Made by a program: the position numbers and the translations under genes | The notes under the pieces: model-generated | The model's database searches: none | What the model saw: the letters and a program-made list of their open reading frames with translations, nothing else | What the model was told of the DNA's origin: nothing | Assembly (NCBI GenBank): GCA_977020255.1 | Contig: CDROCS010000506.1 | Coordinates: 1,054,001-1,118,000, forward strand | Length of the DNA stretch: 64,000 nt | Reading direction: 5' to 3' | Source: Obrimoposthia wandeli | Lineage: Eukaryota | Part shown: piece after piece, positions 38,486 to 47,363 of the stretch | How positions within the stretch are numbered: position 1 is the first letter of the stretch | Layout: each line of letters begins with the position of its first letter

Positions 38486-39319
38486 ATGGAAAAGAAAATA
38501 TTGCTGGCCGATTGTCCAGATCAAAAAGGGCTTATCTCAAAGATCACCAACATTTGTTACAAACACCAGCTCAACATCAGTAACAACACTGAGTTTGTCG
38601 ACCGTACCCACAACCGATTTTTCATGCGTACCGAACTCGATGGCATATTCAACGATGAAACGTTACTTGCCGACCTCGATGACGCACTGCCAACAGGCTC
38701 ACACCGTAAACTCGTCTCAGCAAGTCGTAAGCGCATCGTCATTTTAGTCACTAAAGAGGCTCACTGCCTTGGTGATATTTTAATGAAAAATTATTACGGT
38801 GGCTTGGATGTCGAGATCGCCGCAGTAGTCGGTAACTACGATAGCCTAGCTGAGTTAGCCGGGAAATTTGATGTGCCTTATCACACGGTATCTCACGTCG
38901 GTATTAGCCGTGAAGAACACGAAGAAAAGATCATTGAAACCGTTGCAGGCTACCAGCCAGATTATGTTATTTTGGCAAAATACATGCGTATTTTAACACC
39001 CAATTTTGTGTCTGCATTTGAAAATAAGATAATTAATATCCATCACTCATTCTTACCTGCTTTTATTGGTGCACAACCTTATAAGCAAGCATTCGAACGT
39101 GGTGTGAAAATTATTGGTGCGACGGCCCACTACGTCACCAATAACCTTGATGAAGGACCTATTATCTTACAAGACGTGATCCACGTCGATCATAAGTACA
39201 GCGCCGAAGATATGGCGCGTTCAGGTAAAGACGTAGAAAAATCAGTACTCAGTAAAGCACTGCGCCTGGTACTTGAAGAACGTGTATTCATTTATGAAAA
39301 CCGTACTGTGGTATTTTAG
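38486..39319 (+). CDS. purU: Formyltetrahydrofolate deformylase
   Basis: ACT domain (CPDQKGLI), VTKEAHCLGDIL, LAKYMRIL, INIHHSFLPAFIGAQPY, LDEGPII. Confidence 0.97.
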   Translation: MEKKILLADCPDQKGLISKITNICYKHQLNISNNTEFVDRTHNRFFMRTELDGIFNDETLLADLDDALPTGSHRKLVSASRKRIVILVTKEAHCLGDILMKNYYGGLDVEIAAVVGNYDSLAELAGKFDVPYHTVSHVGISREEHEEKIIETVAGYQPDYVILAKYMRILTPNFVSAFENKIINIHHSFLPAFIGAQPYKQAFERGVKIIGATAHYVTNNLDEGPIILQDVIHVDHKYSAEDMARSGKDVEKSVLSKALRLVLEERVFIYENRTVVF

Positions 39320-39462
39320 TCGTTTCAAAGCAAATAGCTGCGGCATAAAATACTCGGCTCATAAATTATTATGGGCCGACCTCCGCTTCCCTTCACATTT
39401 ACCTTTACACTACTAGCTACATTGTTAATATTACTCACTTATTCCTCATATCATGGTTTATT

Positions 39463-39903
39463 ATGCTCACAATTATTTTTACCGCCTTACTCAGTAGTAT
39501 CTTTACCGCACTGGCTTTTATATCTGTATTCAATAGAGTGATTAAACCTTATATCGCTACGCAAATAGCCTTAATAAAAACAGAGGCAGATGTGATGATT
39601 AATCAAGCTTCACCACAAATAAGTAAAGATATTGCCGATGCGATTGAAGCAAAAATTGCCGAAATACAGCCAGAGCTAGAGGCCCATATAAAACAAGAAC
39701 TCGACCAAATTATTGATGAATTCTTGCCTCAGCTGAGCAAAGAAGTCGAAGACGGCGTCGATAATTCATTTAAAAAGTTTATTCCCACCATGATGGGTTC
39801 AGCGGCGACGATGCCAGCTGAAACACTAATAAAAACCAGCTCAACCTTATTCAATACCGGCATTGGTATTTTAAGAAGTGTCACTCCGGATATAAAAAAA
39901 TAA
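39463..39903 (+). CDS. Hypothetical protein with N-terminal membrane anchor and amphipathic helical body
   Basis: 146-aa ORF with a hydrophobic N-terminus and an acidic, helix-forming middle part. Confidence 0.7.
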   Translation: MLTIIFTALLSSIFTALAFISVFNRVIKPYIATQIALIKTEADVMINQASPQISKDIADAIEAKIAEIQPELEAHIKQELDQIIDEFLPQLSKEVEDGVDNSFKKFIPTMMGSAATMPAETLIKTSSTLFNTGIGILRSVTPDIKK

Positions 39904-40017
39904 TCTAACTGCGTGATCCAGTCTGCACTTTTAAAAATCGTACTTGCAACTGGATCGACCTGCCTATAAGCAAAATTAATGTAAACTGGTGTTTTCATTA
40001 TCGTAGCTTAATTAAAT

Positions 40018-40734
40018 ATGTTTCTAAACGAATTCTATTCTCAAAAAGACAGCTCTTTTCGCTTTACTCAACAACAAGCTAGCCGCTTTGCGAAAACGGT
40101 AGCAAACGATTATAACAAGATCCATGATGTGGATAATAAACGTTTTTGTGTACCTGGCGACTTACTTTTTGCTGTGTCTTTGGTTAAATTCGGTTTATCT
40201 GAAACAATGAAAATTGATTTTACTGGTATGGTTAAAAACGACACTGACCTGGTATTCTCTCCGCTGCTCGACAATAAAACTGAAATATTGAATCCAGAGC
40301 AAAAATCTTTTATGGAATTAGAGCTTGGTGGTCAATCATCGCATGATGAAAACATCATCAGTAAAATCATTAAAGAATACGTACAATTTTCAGGTAAGAA
40401 TTTTCCTGACATCATGGTGCCGCTGATGCGCTCAAAAGACCTGATGTTTAATCCTGCACGAGCTTTAATCATGTATAAATCAATGCAGATAAGCATGACT
40501 CGCGTAGAAGTTAATCGCATTGAGCTTAAATTTGACGAAGCGATTATTGAAGTGCAAGGTAAGCGTGCAAGCGTGACCTTTAAGTTCGATTTTTACGAAG
40601 GTGATGAAAAAGTCGGTACGGGTCAAAAAGAAATGATCTTAAGTGGTCTTATTCCTTACGAAGAATCAGTGATGGCGGGTGTCATTGCCGATTATCAATC
40701 GGCAAAAACGAAATACCTTGCTGCAGCGAGCTAA
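40018..40734 (+). CDS. DUF3581-family protein
   Basis: QQASRFAK.VA.DYN.IHD...KRFCVPGDLLF, SGKNFP..MVPLM. Confidence 0.75.
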   Translation: MFLNEFYSQKDSSFRFTQQQASRFAKTVANDYNKIHDVDNKRFCVPGDLLFAVSLVKFGLSETMKIDFTGMVKNDTDLVFSPLLDNKTEILNPEQKSFMELELGGQSSHDENIISKIIKEYVQFSGKNFPDIMVPLMRSKDLMFNPARALIMYKSMQISMTRVEVNRIELKFDEAIIEVQGKRASVTFKFDFYEGDEKVGTGQKEMILSGLIPYEESVMAGVIADYQSAKTKYLAAAS

Positions 40735-40747
40735 TTTTTGATTACCG

Positions 40748-41221
40748 CTATTTAATATGGTCGAGCGGTAATACCGTTCGGCTTAAAACATTACGCAACA
40801 TAAAGCTCGATCTCACCCCAGTTACTCCTTTAATACGCGTCAACTTCCCTAGCAATAACTCTTGATAATGATCCATATCCGGTACGATAACCTTTAATTG
40901 AAAATCCGCATCACTACCTGTGATAATACAACATTCCATCACGTCTGGAATCGCAGCTATCTCAGCTTCAAAGTTATCAAATCGCTCTGGCGTATGGCGA
41001 TCCATACTAATGTGAATATAAGCAGTCAGTTTTAAACCGAGTTTAGCTTGATCAAGTAAGGTCACGTGTTTATCGATTAACCCCAATTCCTCTAAATGCT
41101 TAACGCGGCGTGAGCAAGGTGACGCGGACAGGCCAATTTTATCGGCTAATTCTAAATTACTAATTCGGCCATTTTCTTGGATTAAATTTAAGATTAATTT
41201 ATCCGTACGATCAAGTTTCAT
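40748..41221 (-). CDS. Lrp/AsnC-family transcription factor
   Basis: LDRTDKLILNLIQENGRISNLELADKIGLSASPCSRRVKHLEE HTH and RAM domain (ECCIITGSDADFQLKV). Confidence 0.93.
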   Translation of the reverse strand: MKLDRTDKLILNLIQENGRISNLELADKIGLSASPCSRRVKHLEELGLIDKHVTLLDQAKLGLKLTAYIHISMDRHTPERFDNFEAEIAAIPDVMECCIITGSDADFQLKVIVPDMDHYQELLLGKLTRIKGVTGVRSSFMLRNVLSRTVLPLDHIK

Positions 41222-41489
41222 CTTTGCATCTCCATATTATCAAATCACAAAAGTTATAACTGGCTTAAAAGGCCTGTATTTCTGGTCATTATCGCCTCCA
41301 CTTAATGAAAGTAAGAATATAAATAGCGTGTCAAAACAACCCAAGGGTTAATTATTGCTAATAACAACCAAAAATACAAATGTAATTGCTAACAAAGTGG
41401 GAATTAATGCAAACATCGCAACCACATTCCAAATCGTTATAGCTATACTAAACCCAGTTAAAGATAACGCCACAAGCTGATTAGCAAAC

Positions 41490-41629
41490 ACCTTAACCCA
41501 GGTCGATGCGGTGATAGAAGTACCCTTCTTGCTACCAATCAGGCAACCTTCCTTACCCAGGAATATTCGTCATCACCAGTGACAGGCAGTATTAACGCAA
41601 AGATAGGCACCCTAAACGGTGCCTTTTTT
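41490..41629 (+). ncRNA. Candidate sRNA or structured leader ending in an intrinsic terminator
   Basis: Plus-strand terminator AGGCACC-CTAAAC-GGTGCCT-TTTTT (41605-41629) with no plus-strand CDS upstream. Contains a hairpin AGAAG-TACC-CTTCT and a repeated CCTTA(A)CCCAGG motif. The 5' boundary is unknown. Confidence 0.4.
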
Positions 41630-41833
41630 GTATTCGATTTCCCCAGCAGACATCCCAGATATGACAAATTAGCTACCACTTTCAAAAGCTAACCTCTATA
41701 ATTGAGTTCATCAGACTAATTATATGAATTGGTACTCTGCCAAACAACGTATAATTAAATACTAAATCATTTCGTATTGCGTATATTCACGACCCGCTCT
41801 GTATTATCCAGTCACAAACATAGGTAAATTTTA

Positions 41834-42937
41834 ATGCACTATGCAAATATCACCGGTTGGGGTAAATGCTTACCGCCCGCGACGCTAACAAATAATGACC
41901 TAAGCACTTTTCTTGATACTAATGACGAGTGGATCCAATCTCGTACCGGTATGCAGGAACGCAGAATTTCACATGTAAGTACATCAGAACTTGCTTACGT
42001 TGCAGCATGCCAAGCGATTGCAGCAGCAGGTATTGATGCATCAGAGCTTGACGGTATTTTCTTTGCAACTTGTACCGCCGATTGCACATTGCCCAGTGCT
42101 GCATCAAAAGTTCAAGCTAGATTAGGCGCCACTAACGCCGCCGTATTTGATATGAATGCCGCTTGTACTGGTTTTGTATATGGCTTGAGTACAGCCAATG
42201 CCTTTATCCAAAGTGGTCAAATGGACAAGATATTAGTGATTGGTGCCGAGCGCATCAGTTATTTTCTTGATTGGACTGAACGTGGTACCGCGGTATTATT
42301 CGGCGATGGTGCTGGTGCGGTGATCCTAGAATCAAGCACAGAAAAACAAGGTATTTTAAGTAACAAAATTGGTTGTGACGGTGATGCTGGACATATCCTT
42401 TCCGTGCCAAACTTTGGTACTGACAGAGCGCGTTTCAAAAATATCGATGGCCTATTTGATTTTAACTTCGAAGGTAAAGAGATCTTTAAACGTGCGGTAA
42501 CTCGTATGGGTGAAGCATCTGCAATTGCCCTAGAAAAAGCCGGTATGACACCTGAAGACGTTGATTTTATTATTCCCCATCAAGCCAATCTACGTATTAT
42601 TGATTTCTTAGCTAAGCGCATGGGTGCCAGCAAAGAAAAGGTAATGGTAAACGTGCATAAATATGGCAATACTTCATCAGCAACTGTGCCGATTGCATTG
42701 TGTGAAGCGTTAGAAGAAGGCCGCATTAAAGCAGGTGACAATGTATTATTAGCTGCATTTGGTGGTGGGTTAACATGGGGTGCGACGATGATCAAGTGGG
42801 GCGAAAGAACAACGCCTATCGCGACATCTGACGTGACATTACCTGAATACAATGGCACTGCATTAGATTTAATTCAAGATGCGATTAAAGGCTGTCAAGA
42901 CGCGAAATTGGCGCGTGAATCACAAGTGGATGCATAA
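41834..42937 (+). CDS. fabH: Stand-alone beta-ketoacyl-ACP synthase III
   Basis: WIQSRTGMQERR, catalytic triad AACTGF / PHQAN / GNTSSA, FGGGLTWG. It is outside the plsX-fabH-fabD-fabG cluster, so probably a paralogue. Confidence 0.9.
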   Translation: MHYANITGWGKCLPPATLTNNDLSTFLDTNDEWIQSRTGMQERRISHVSTSELAYVAACQAIAAAGIDASELDGIFFATCTADCTLPSAASKVQARLGATNAAVFDMNAACTGFVYGLSTANAFIQSGQMDKILVIGAERISYFLDWTERGTAVLFGDGAGAVILESSTEKQGILSNKIGCDGDAGHILSVPNFGTDRARFKNIDGLFDFNFEGKEIFKRAVTRMGEASAIALEKAGMTPEDVDFIIPHQANLRIIDFLAKRMGASKEKVMVNVHKYGNTSSATVPIALCEALEEGRIKAGDNVLLAAFGGGLTWGATMIKWGERTTPIATSDVTLPEYNGTALDLIQDAIKGCQDAKLARESQVDA

Positions 42938-42947
42938 CTATCTTTAG

Positions 42948-42990
42948 ATAACGTTCTCTAAATAACGTTTTCTAAATAAGTCATCGCTAA
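42948..42990. repeat. Degenerate 14-bp tandem repeat 3' of fabH
   Basis: ATAACGTTCTCTAA / ATAACGTTTTCTAA / ATAAGTCATCGCTAA. Confidence 0.75.
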
Positions 42991-43020
42991 ATCAGTTATA
43001 TCGATAGCGACAGTCTATAA

Positions 43021-43051
43021 AAAAACCAGTGAATCACTTCACTGGTTTTTT
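43021..43051. terminator. Bidirectional terminator (fabH / Kazal lipoprotein)
   Basis: AAAAACCAGTGAA-TCAC-TTCACTGGTTTTTT. Confidence 0.88.
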
Positions 43052-43101
43052 GCTATCTAAGCATGAATGACTGCTTAAGCAGCAGTGACATACAACTAAG
43101 G

Positions 43102-43368
43102 CTATTTACATTCACCTTCAGTGAAACCACTTACCGTGTCATCAGAACATGCTCCACACGCATTGCCGAATGTTTTCAATTCGCCAGAATCAGTCGTACC
43201 ACATACCGGGCGGTAATCCATCGTACACATCTGTGGGCGTTCATCAGGGCAGCTATTACCGTAAGTTGGTAGTGTTGGTAATGCCTTTGCTGTTTCTGGC
43301 GTCGTTTCAGTGCTCGTGCATGCTGCTAAGCCAAATACTGTTAATGCTACTAAAATTGCTTTTTTCAT
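43102..43368 (-). CDS. Small lipoprotein with a Kazal-type protease-inhibitor domain
   Basis: Lipobox LAA-C and the Cys pattern CPDERPQMCTMDYRPVCG...TFGNACGAC...GEC. Confidence 0.8.
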   Translation of the reverse strand: MKKAILVALTVFGLAACTSTETTPETAKALPTLPTYGNSCPDERPQMCTMDYRPVCGTTDSGELKTFGNACGACSDDTVSGFTEGECK

Positions 43369-43459
43369 CTTAATTCCTACTCTTCATTGATTGTTAGTTT
43401 TGTTCTTATTTTAACATTAGGATTTTTAATTCGAGCTTTTAACTGCTTATGATTCAACA

Positions 43460-44932
43460 TTACAGCAACGGGTTGAATAAATAAAATACGCTTTCTAGAA
43501 AGCGCTGAACTCGACCTCGTTGTCGCCATTGCGTCAGGCATACTTTATGCGAATGAGCGATATAAGATAGCTGCAACTGATACAGTTCGGCAATAAAAGG
43601 CGATTGGTCAATGAGTAATGTGACTTCAAAATTAAGCCAAAAACTGCGCTTATCTAAATTAACCGTGCCCACCAAACATAGTTCATTATCAACCAAAATA
43701 CTTTTAGTGTGCAGCAGACCATCTTGGTATTGATATATTTCGACACCACAAACCAGTAACTCCTCAAAAAAACCTTTGCAGGCATAATCAACCATACGTG
43801 AATCATTTTTTGCGGGTAGAATAATTTGTACTTTCACACCACGGGCACTGGCGGTTTTAAGCGCCGCTTGCAAAGCCTCGTCAGGGACAAAATAAGGCGT
43901 GGTTAAAATTAATGATTTTTGCGCTGAATAAATCGCGGAAACCAATACTTGATGAATATTATCATCATCAACATAAGGCCCAGATGGGATCACTTGCACA
44001 TGACTGTTCTCTGAAAATACCGGGCTTTCTTGGCATTTAGCCATCATATTTTTAACTAAGCTTTCACCGGTTTCCATCTCCCAATCAAATTCCAGTAGTG
44101 AACCGGTAATAGGAATAATGGGGCCTTGCATGCGGATCATAATATCAACCCACTCACCAACGCCAGCGTCTTGCTTAAACACATGTGGATCAACCAAATT
44201 CATACTACCGGTATAACCAACATGGCTATCAATCGCGATAAGCTTACGGTGCATCCGTAAATCTTGGCGATGAAAGAATATTCGCATCGGGCCAACAGGT
44301 AATACTTCAATGAGGTGAATACCCGCCCGTTTAAATTGCAGCGGCCAACGACTTTTAAAGAATGCCGAACTACCCACAGAATCAAGCATGACACGACAAT
44401 CAATACCGCGCTTAGCAGCATTTATCAGTGCATCAGCCACCTGGTCTGCTTTACCACCCACCGCCCAAATATAAAATTCAAGGTAGATAACTTGAGTGGC
44501 AGCATTAATATCAGTGATTATCTGTTCGAGAATACCGTGTGGACTGGTTAATAACATCAGCTTATTACCTGTGACAGCTGGCATTTTAAAACGTCCATAA
44601 ACCAACTCACGCAATGACGTCACTAAGCTTCTATTGTTCTCGTCATAAGGCACTAGATACGGCGCAGCACATTGATTAATTTGTCGAGTAAAAGGATCAA
44701 ACATCGCTTCAGCACGCTGTACCCGTTTTTTACCTAGGTACAACTCACCAAAAATCAAATAAATACCCACACCAGCAAAGGGTAATGTATAAATCACCGA
44801 TAGCCAGGCTAACGATATACTGGCAGAACGGCGTTTAGTGATAACCCTAAATGAAACTAATATAATGATCACCGCATGCAGGAAAACCAGCAACAAGGTA
44901 ATAAAATTAGTAAACGAATCCCATTTATCCAT
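43460..44932 (-). CDS. clsA: Cardiolipin synthase A
   Basis: Two N-terminal TMs and two HKD-type motifs (RMHRKLIAID, LLHTKSILVD), plus IPSGP and TPYFVP. ATG 44932 overlaps the arcB stop by 8 nt (track start 44944 is TTG). Confidence 0.92.
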   Translation of the reverse strand: MDKWDSFTNFITLLLVFLHAVIIILVSFRVITKRRSASISLAWLSVIYTLPFAGVGIYLIFGELYLGKKRVQRAEAMFDPFTRQINQCAAPYLVPYDENNRSLVTSLRELVYGRFKMPAVTGNKLMLLTSPHGILEQIITDINAATQVIYLEFYIWAVGGKADQVADALINAAKRGIDCRVMLDSVGSSAFFKSRWPLQFKRAGIHLIEVLPVGPMRIFFHRQDLRMHRKLIAIDSHVGYTGSMNLVDPHVFKQDAGVGEWVDIMIRMQGPIIPITGSLLEFDWEMETGESLVKNMMAKCQESPVFSENSHVQVIPSGPYVDDDNIHQVLVSAIYSAQKSLILTTPYFVPDEALQAALKTASARGVKVQIILPAKNDSRMVDYACKGFFEELLVCGVEIYQYQDGLLHTKSILVDNELCLVGTVNLDKRSFWLNFEVTLLIDQSPFIAELYQLQLSYIAHSHKVCLTQWRQRGRVQRFLESVFYLFNPLL

Positions 44933-47273
44933 CTTGATTAGCAATCCAAGTTTTCAGACGATTAACATCATGCTGATATTCAGTATTAATTTGCTCTACC
45001 CAATCATCAATATTTTCCCACCACGTCGGCTGCTCTGGTGACTGCGCTAATTGTGATACTTGCTGAATACGTGTCAACCCTATCGAACCTGCCGCACCTT
45101 TAATTTTATGGGCTTCGTCAACAATCGCATCTTGATCTCGGGCGGTTAAATTAGTATTTAATATGGTCAAATAATGCGGCATAGTTTGTTCAAATAACAG
45201 CACACTTTGCAATAATAAATCTTTGCCTAAGGTATCCAAATATTGCTGTAATAAATCAACATCAAGATATTCATCAAGCATGTTTTGTTCATCAATCAAT
45301 TCATCAACAACATAATTAAGATGTGATTCAGCACCCTGCTCTAAACTACTAAACAAGCGACTAATCACCCCTGTTACCGCATTGATCGACAGCGGTTTAC
45401 TGATTGCATCGTCCATGCCTTTATCGATATATTCTTGGCGATTATTAATCACATTCGCTGTTAACGCCACTACCGGTGGTAATTCCAGCGCATCATTTTC
45501 ACGTAAGGTCTTAATCACATCAAAACCAGTCATATCAGGTAAATTAATATCTAAGAAGATCAAATCATAATGATTATTTTGTGCCATTTCGATAGCAGCG
45601 TGACCATCAACCGCGACAGCAACACTGTGACCTAATTTATTTAAAATAGCGGTACACACAGTGACATTTAATTCGATATCTTCAACAAGCAGTATCGACA
45701 GTTTAGTTTGTTCCGTTTCTGGTACACCACTCGGCTGCAAACTTTCTACGCCATCGACATCAAATTCGATGGTAAAACAGGCACCTTGACCTAATTCGCT
45801 GCTTACCCAAATATCACCGCCCATCGCAGTCATTAAGCTTTTAGCCACTGACAAACCAATACCAGTACCAGTAGCACGCTTGCTACCCTGTTCCTGATAA
45901 TACATGGCGAATATTTTATCTTGGCCTTCAGCAGAAATCCCAATACCGGTATCTTCAACCTCAAAGGTTAAACCAATTCTATTATCGTCTTCTTCGCTGG
46001 TGAATACCCGAATACTCACTTCGCCAGAATCGGTGAACTTCACCGCATTAGACACCAAATTCCATAACACTTGGCGTAATCTAGTCCCATCCGCATTGAT
46101 AAAATCAGGAATTTCACCAAATACATCAAACACTAATACCAGGCCCTTCTGATCGGCTTGTAACAAGGCTAAGGTCTTAATGTCATTAAGGAAACTTCTG
46201 AATTCAATCGGTTGATTAACGATCTCAAATTTACGGCGATCAAACTTATCCAAATCAATAATATCGTTAAAAATATTACCCATTGTTTGCGCGCTAACAT
46301 AAATGGTATTTAAATGCTGGCGCTGCTCTTCACTGAGCGAACCATCAAGTAAAATTCGACTTAAGCCGACCACACCATTTAATGGTGTTCTTAACTCGTG
46401 ACTAATCGTTGAGATAAAAGTAGTTTTATCACGACTGGCTTTTTCTAATGCGTCTTGGTACTTCTTACGTTCAGTAATATCTCGGCCATAACCCAGTACA
46501 CCGATAGATTCATTACGACGTCCAAAGAAAGGTACTTTACGTAATTCAAAGCACGCTTTATGGCCATCAGGATAAGTTAACCATTGCTCGTAGGTTTCTG
46601 ATAGCTGAGTACTTAATACCGCTTTATCGGTGGCTGCAAATTTAGCCGCAATTTCGGTATCGTAAACATCAAACGGCGTAAAACCAATGAGCTCTCTTTC
46701 GATTTTACCCGTTAGTGCTTCCATGGCTAAGTTACAACCAGAAAATTGACCTTGTTCATTACTGTAATAAACCAAATCAGGCGAGCTATCAATAAATGAA
46801 CGCACTAACGCAGAGCGCTCTTCCACAACTAACTGCGCCTGCTCACGCTGAAAAACTTCATTTTCTAAATCTTTGAAGGCTTGATTTCTATCCGATTCTG
46901 CTTTTTTACGCTCTTCAAACTCGGCATTAAGTTCAACTAAATTAACTTGCAGTTCTTGCTGTAGTTGTAAATCTCGAGCACGCACTTCTTGCAGTTTGTA
47001 GACCATTTTACTGAGTCGTTTACGAGAATCTTCCAGTTGCTGGACTACGATCGAGAGGAAAAAAACGACCCAAGGCGTAACAATAATGGCAAATAAAATA
47101 GCGGCATACAGATCGTCAAGCTTCACTTCACCACGCAAAATATAGTTAATGCTAGCTTGGATCATGATAGCAAAGAAAATAATCATGGCAGCTGATAGGA
47201 TACTAAACCGAATAACACCCAATTTACTGAGCATATCAACATAGTATTGAGCCCAGGCTCTGATTTTAATCAT
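44925..47273 (-). CDS. arcB: Hybrid aerobic respiration control sensor kinase ArcB
   Basis: AQYYVDMLSKLGVIRFS N-terminus, leucine zipper, PAS with both redox Cys (FSGCN, KACFELRK), H-box SHELRTPLN, receiver domain and HPt (AHKIKGAAGSIG). Confidence 0.95.
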   Translation of the reverse strand: MIKIRAWAQYYVDMLSKLGVIRFSILSAAMIIFFAIMIQASINYILRGEVKLDDLYAAILFAIIVTPWVVFFLSIVVQQLEDSRKRLSKMVYKLQEVRARDLQLQQELQVNLVELNAEFEERKKAESDRNQAFKDLENEVFQREQAQLVVEERSALVRSFIDSSPDLVYYSNEQGQFSGCNLAMEALTGKIERELIGFTPFDVYDTEIAAKFAATDKAVLSTQLSETYEQWLTYPDGHKACFELRKVPFFGRRNESIGVLGYGRDITERKKYQDALEKASRDKTTFISTISHELRTPLNGVVGLSRILLDGSLSEEQRQHLNTIYVSAQTMGNIFNDIIDLDKFDRRKFEIVNQPIEFRSFLNDIKTLALLQADQKGLVLVFDVFGEIPDFINADGTRLRQVLWNLVSNAVKFTDSGEVSIRVFTSEEDDNRIGLTFEVEDTGIGISAEGQDKIFAMYYQEQGSKRATGTGIGLSVAKSLMTAMGGDIWVSSELGQGACFTIEFDVDGVESLQPSGVPETEQTKLSILLVEDIELNVTVCTAILNKLGHSVAVAVDGHAAIEMAQNNHYDLIFLDINLPDMTGFDVIKTLRENDALELPPVVALTANVINNRQEYIDKGMDDAISKPLSINAVTGVISRLFSSLEQGAESHLNYVVDELIDEQNMLDEYLDVDLLQQYLDTLGKDLLLQSVLLFEQTMPHYLTILNTNLTARDQDAIVDEAHKIKGAAGSIGLTRIQQVSQLAQSPEQPTWWENIDDWVEQINTEYQHDVNRLKTWIANQDG

Positions 47274-47363
47274 GGATCACTCACAGTAATAAAATTATCT
47301 AGATAATGAATAATATACGATAGGTTATAAGCAAACTAGCGGAAAGTTAGGGTTTTAATCAAT

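Noticed and set aside
41725-41745. FadR/PdhR-like site AATTGGTACTCTGCCAA upstream of fabH
   Set aside because: Only the left half fits and there is no dyad symmetry.
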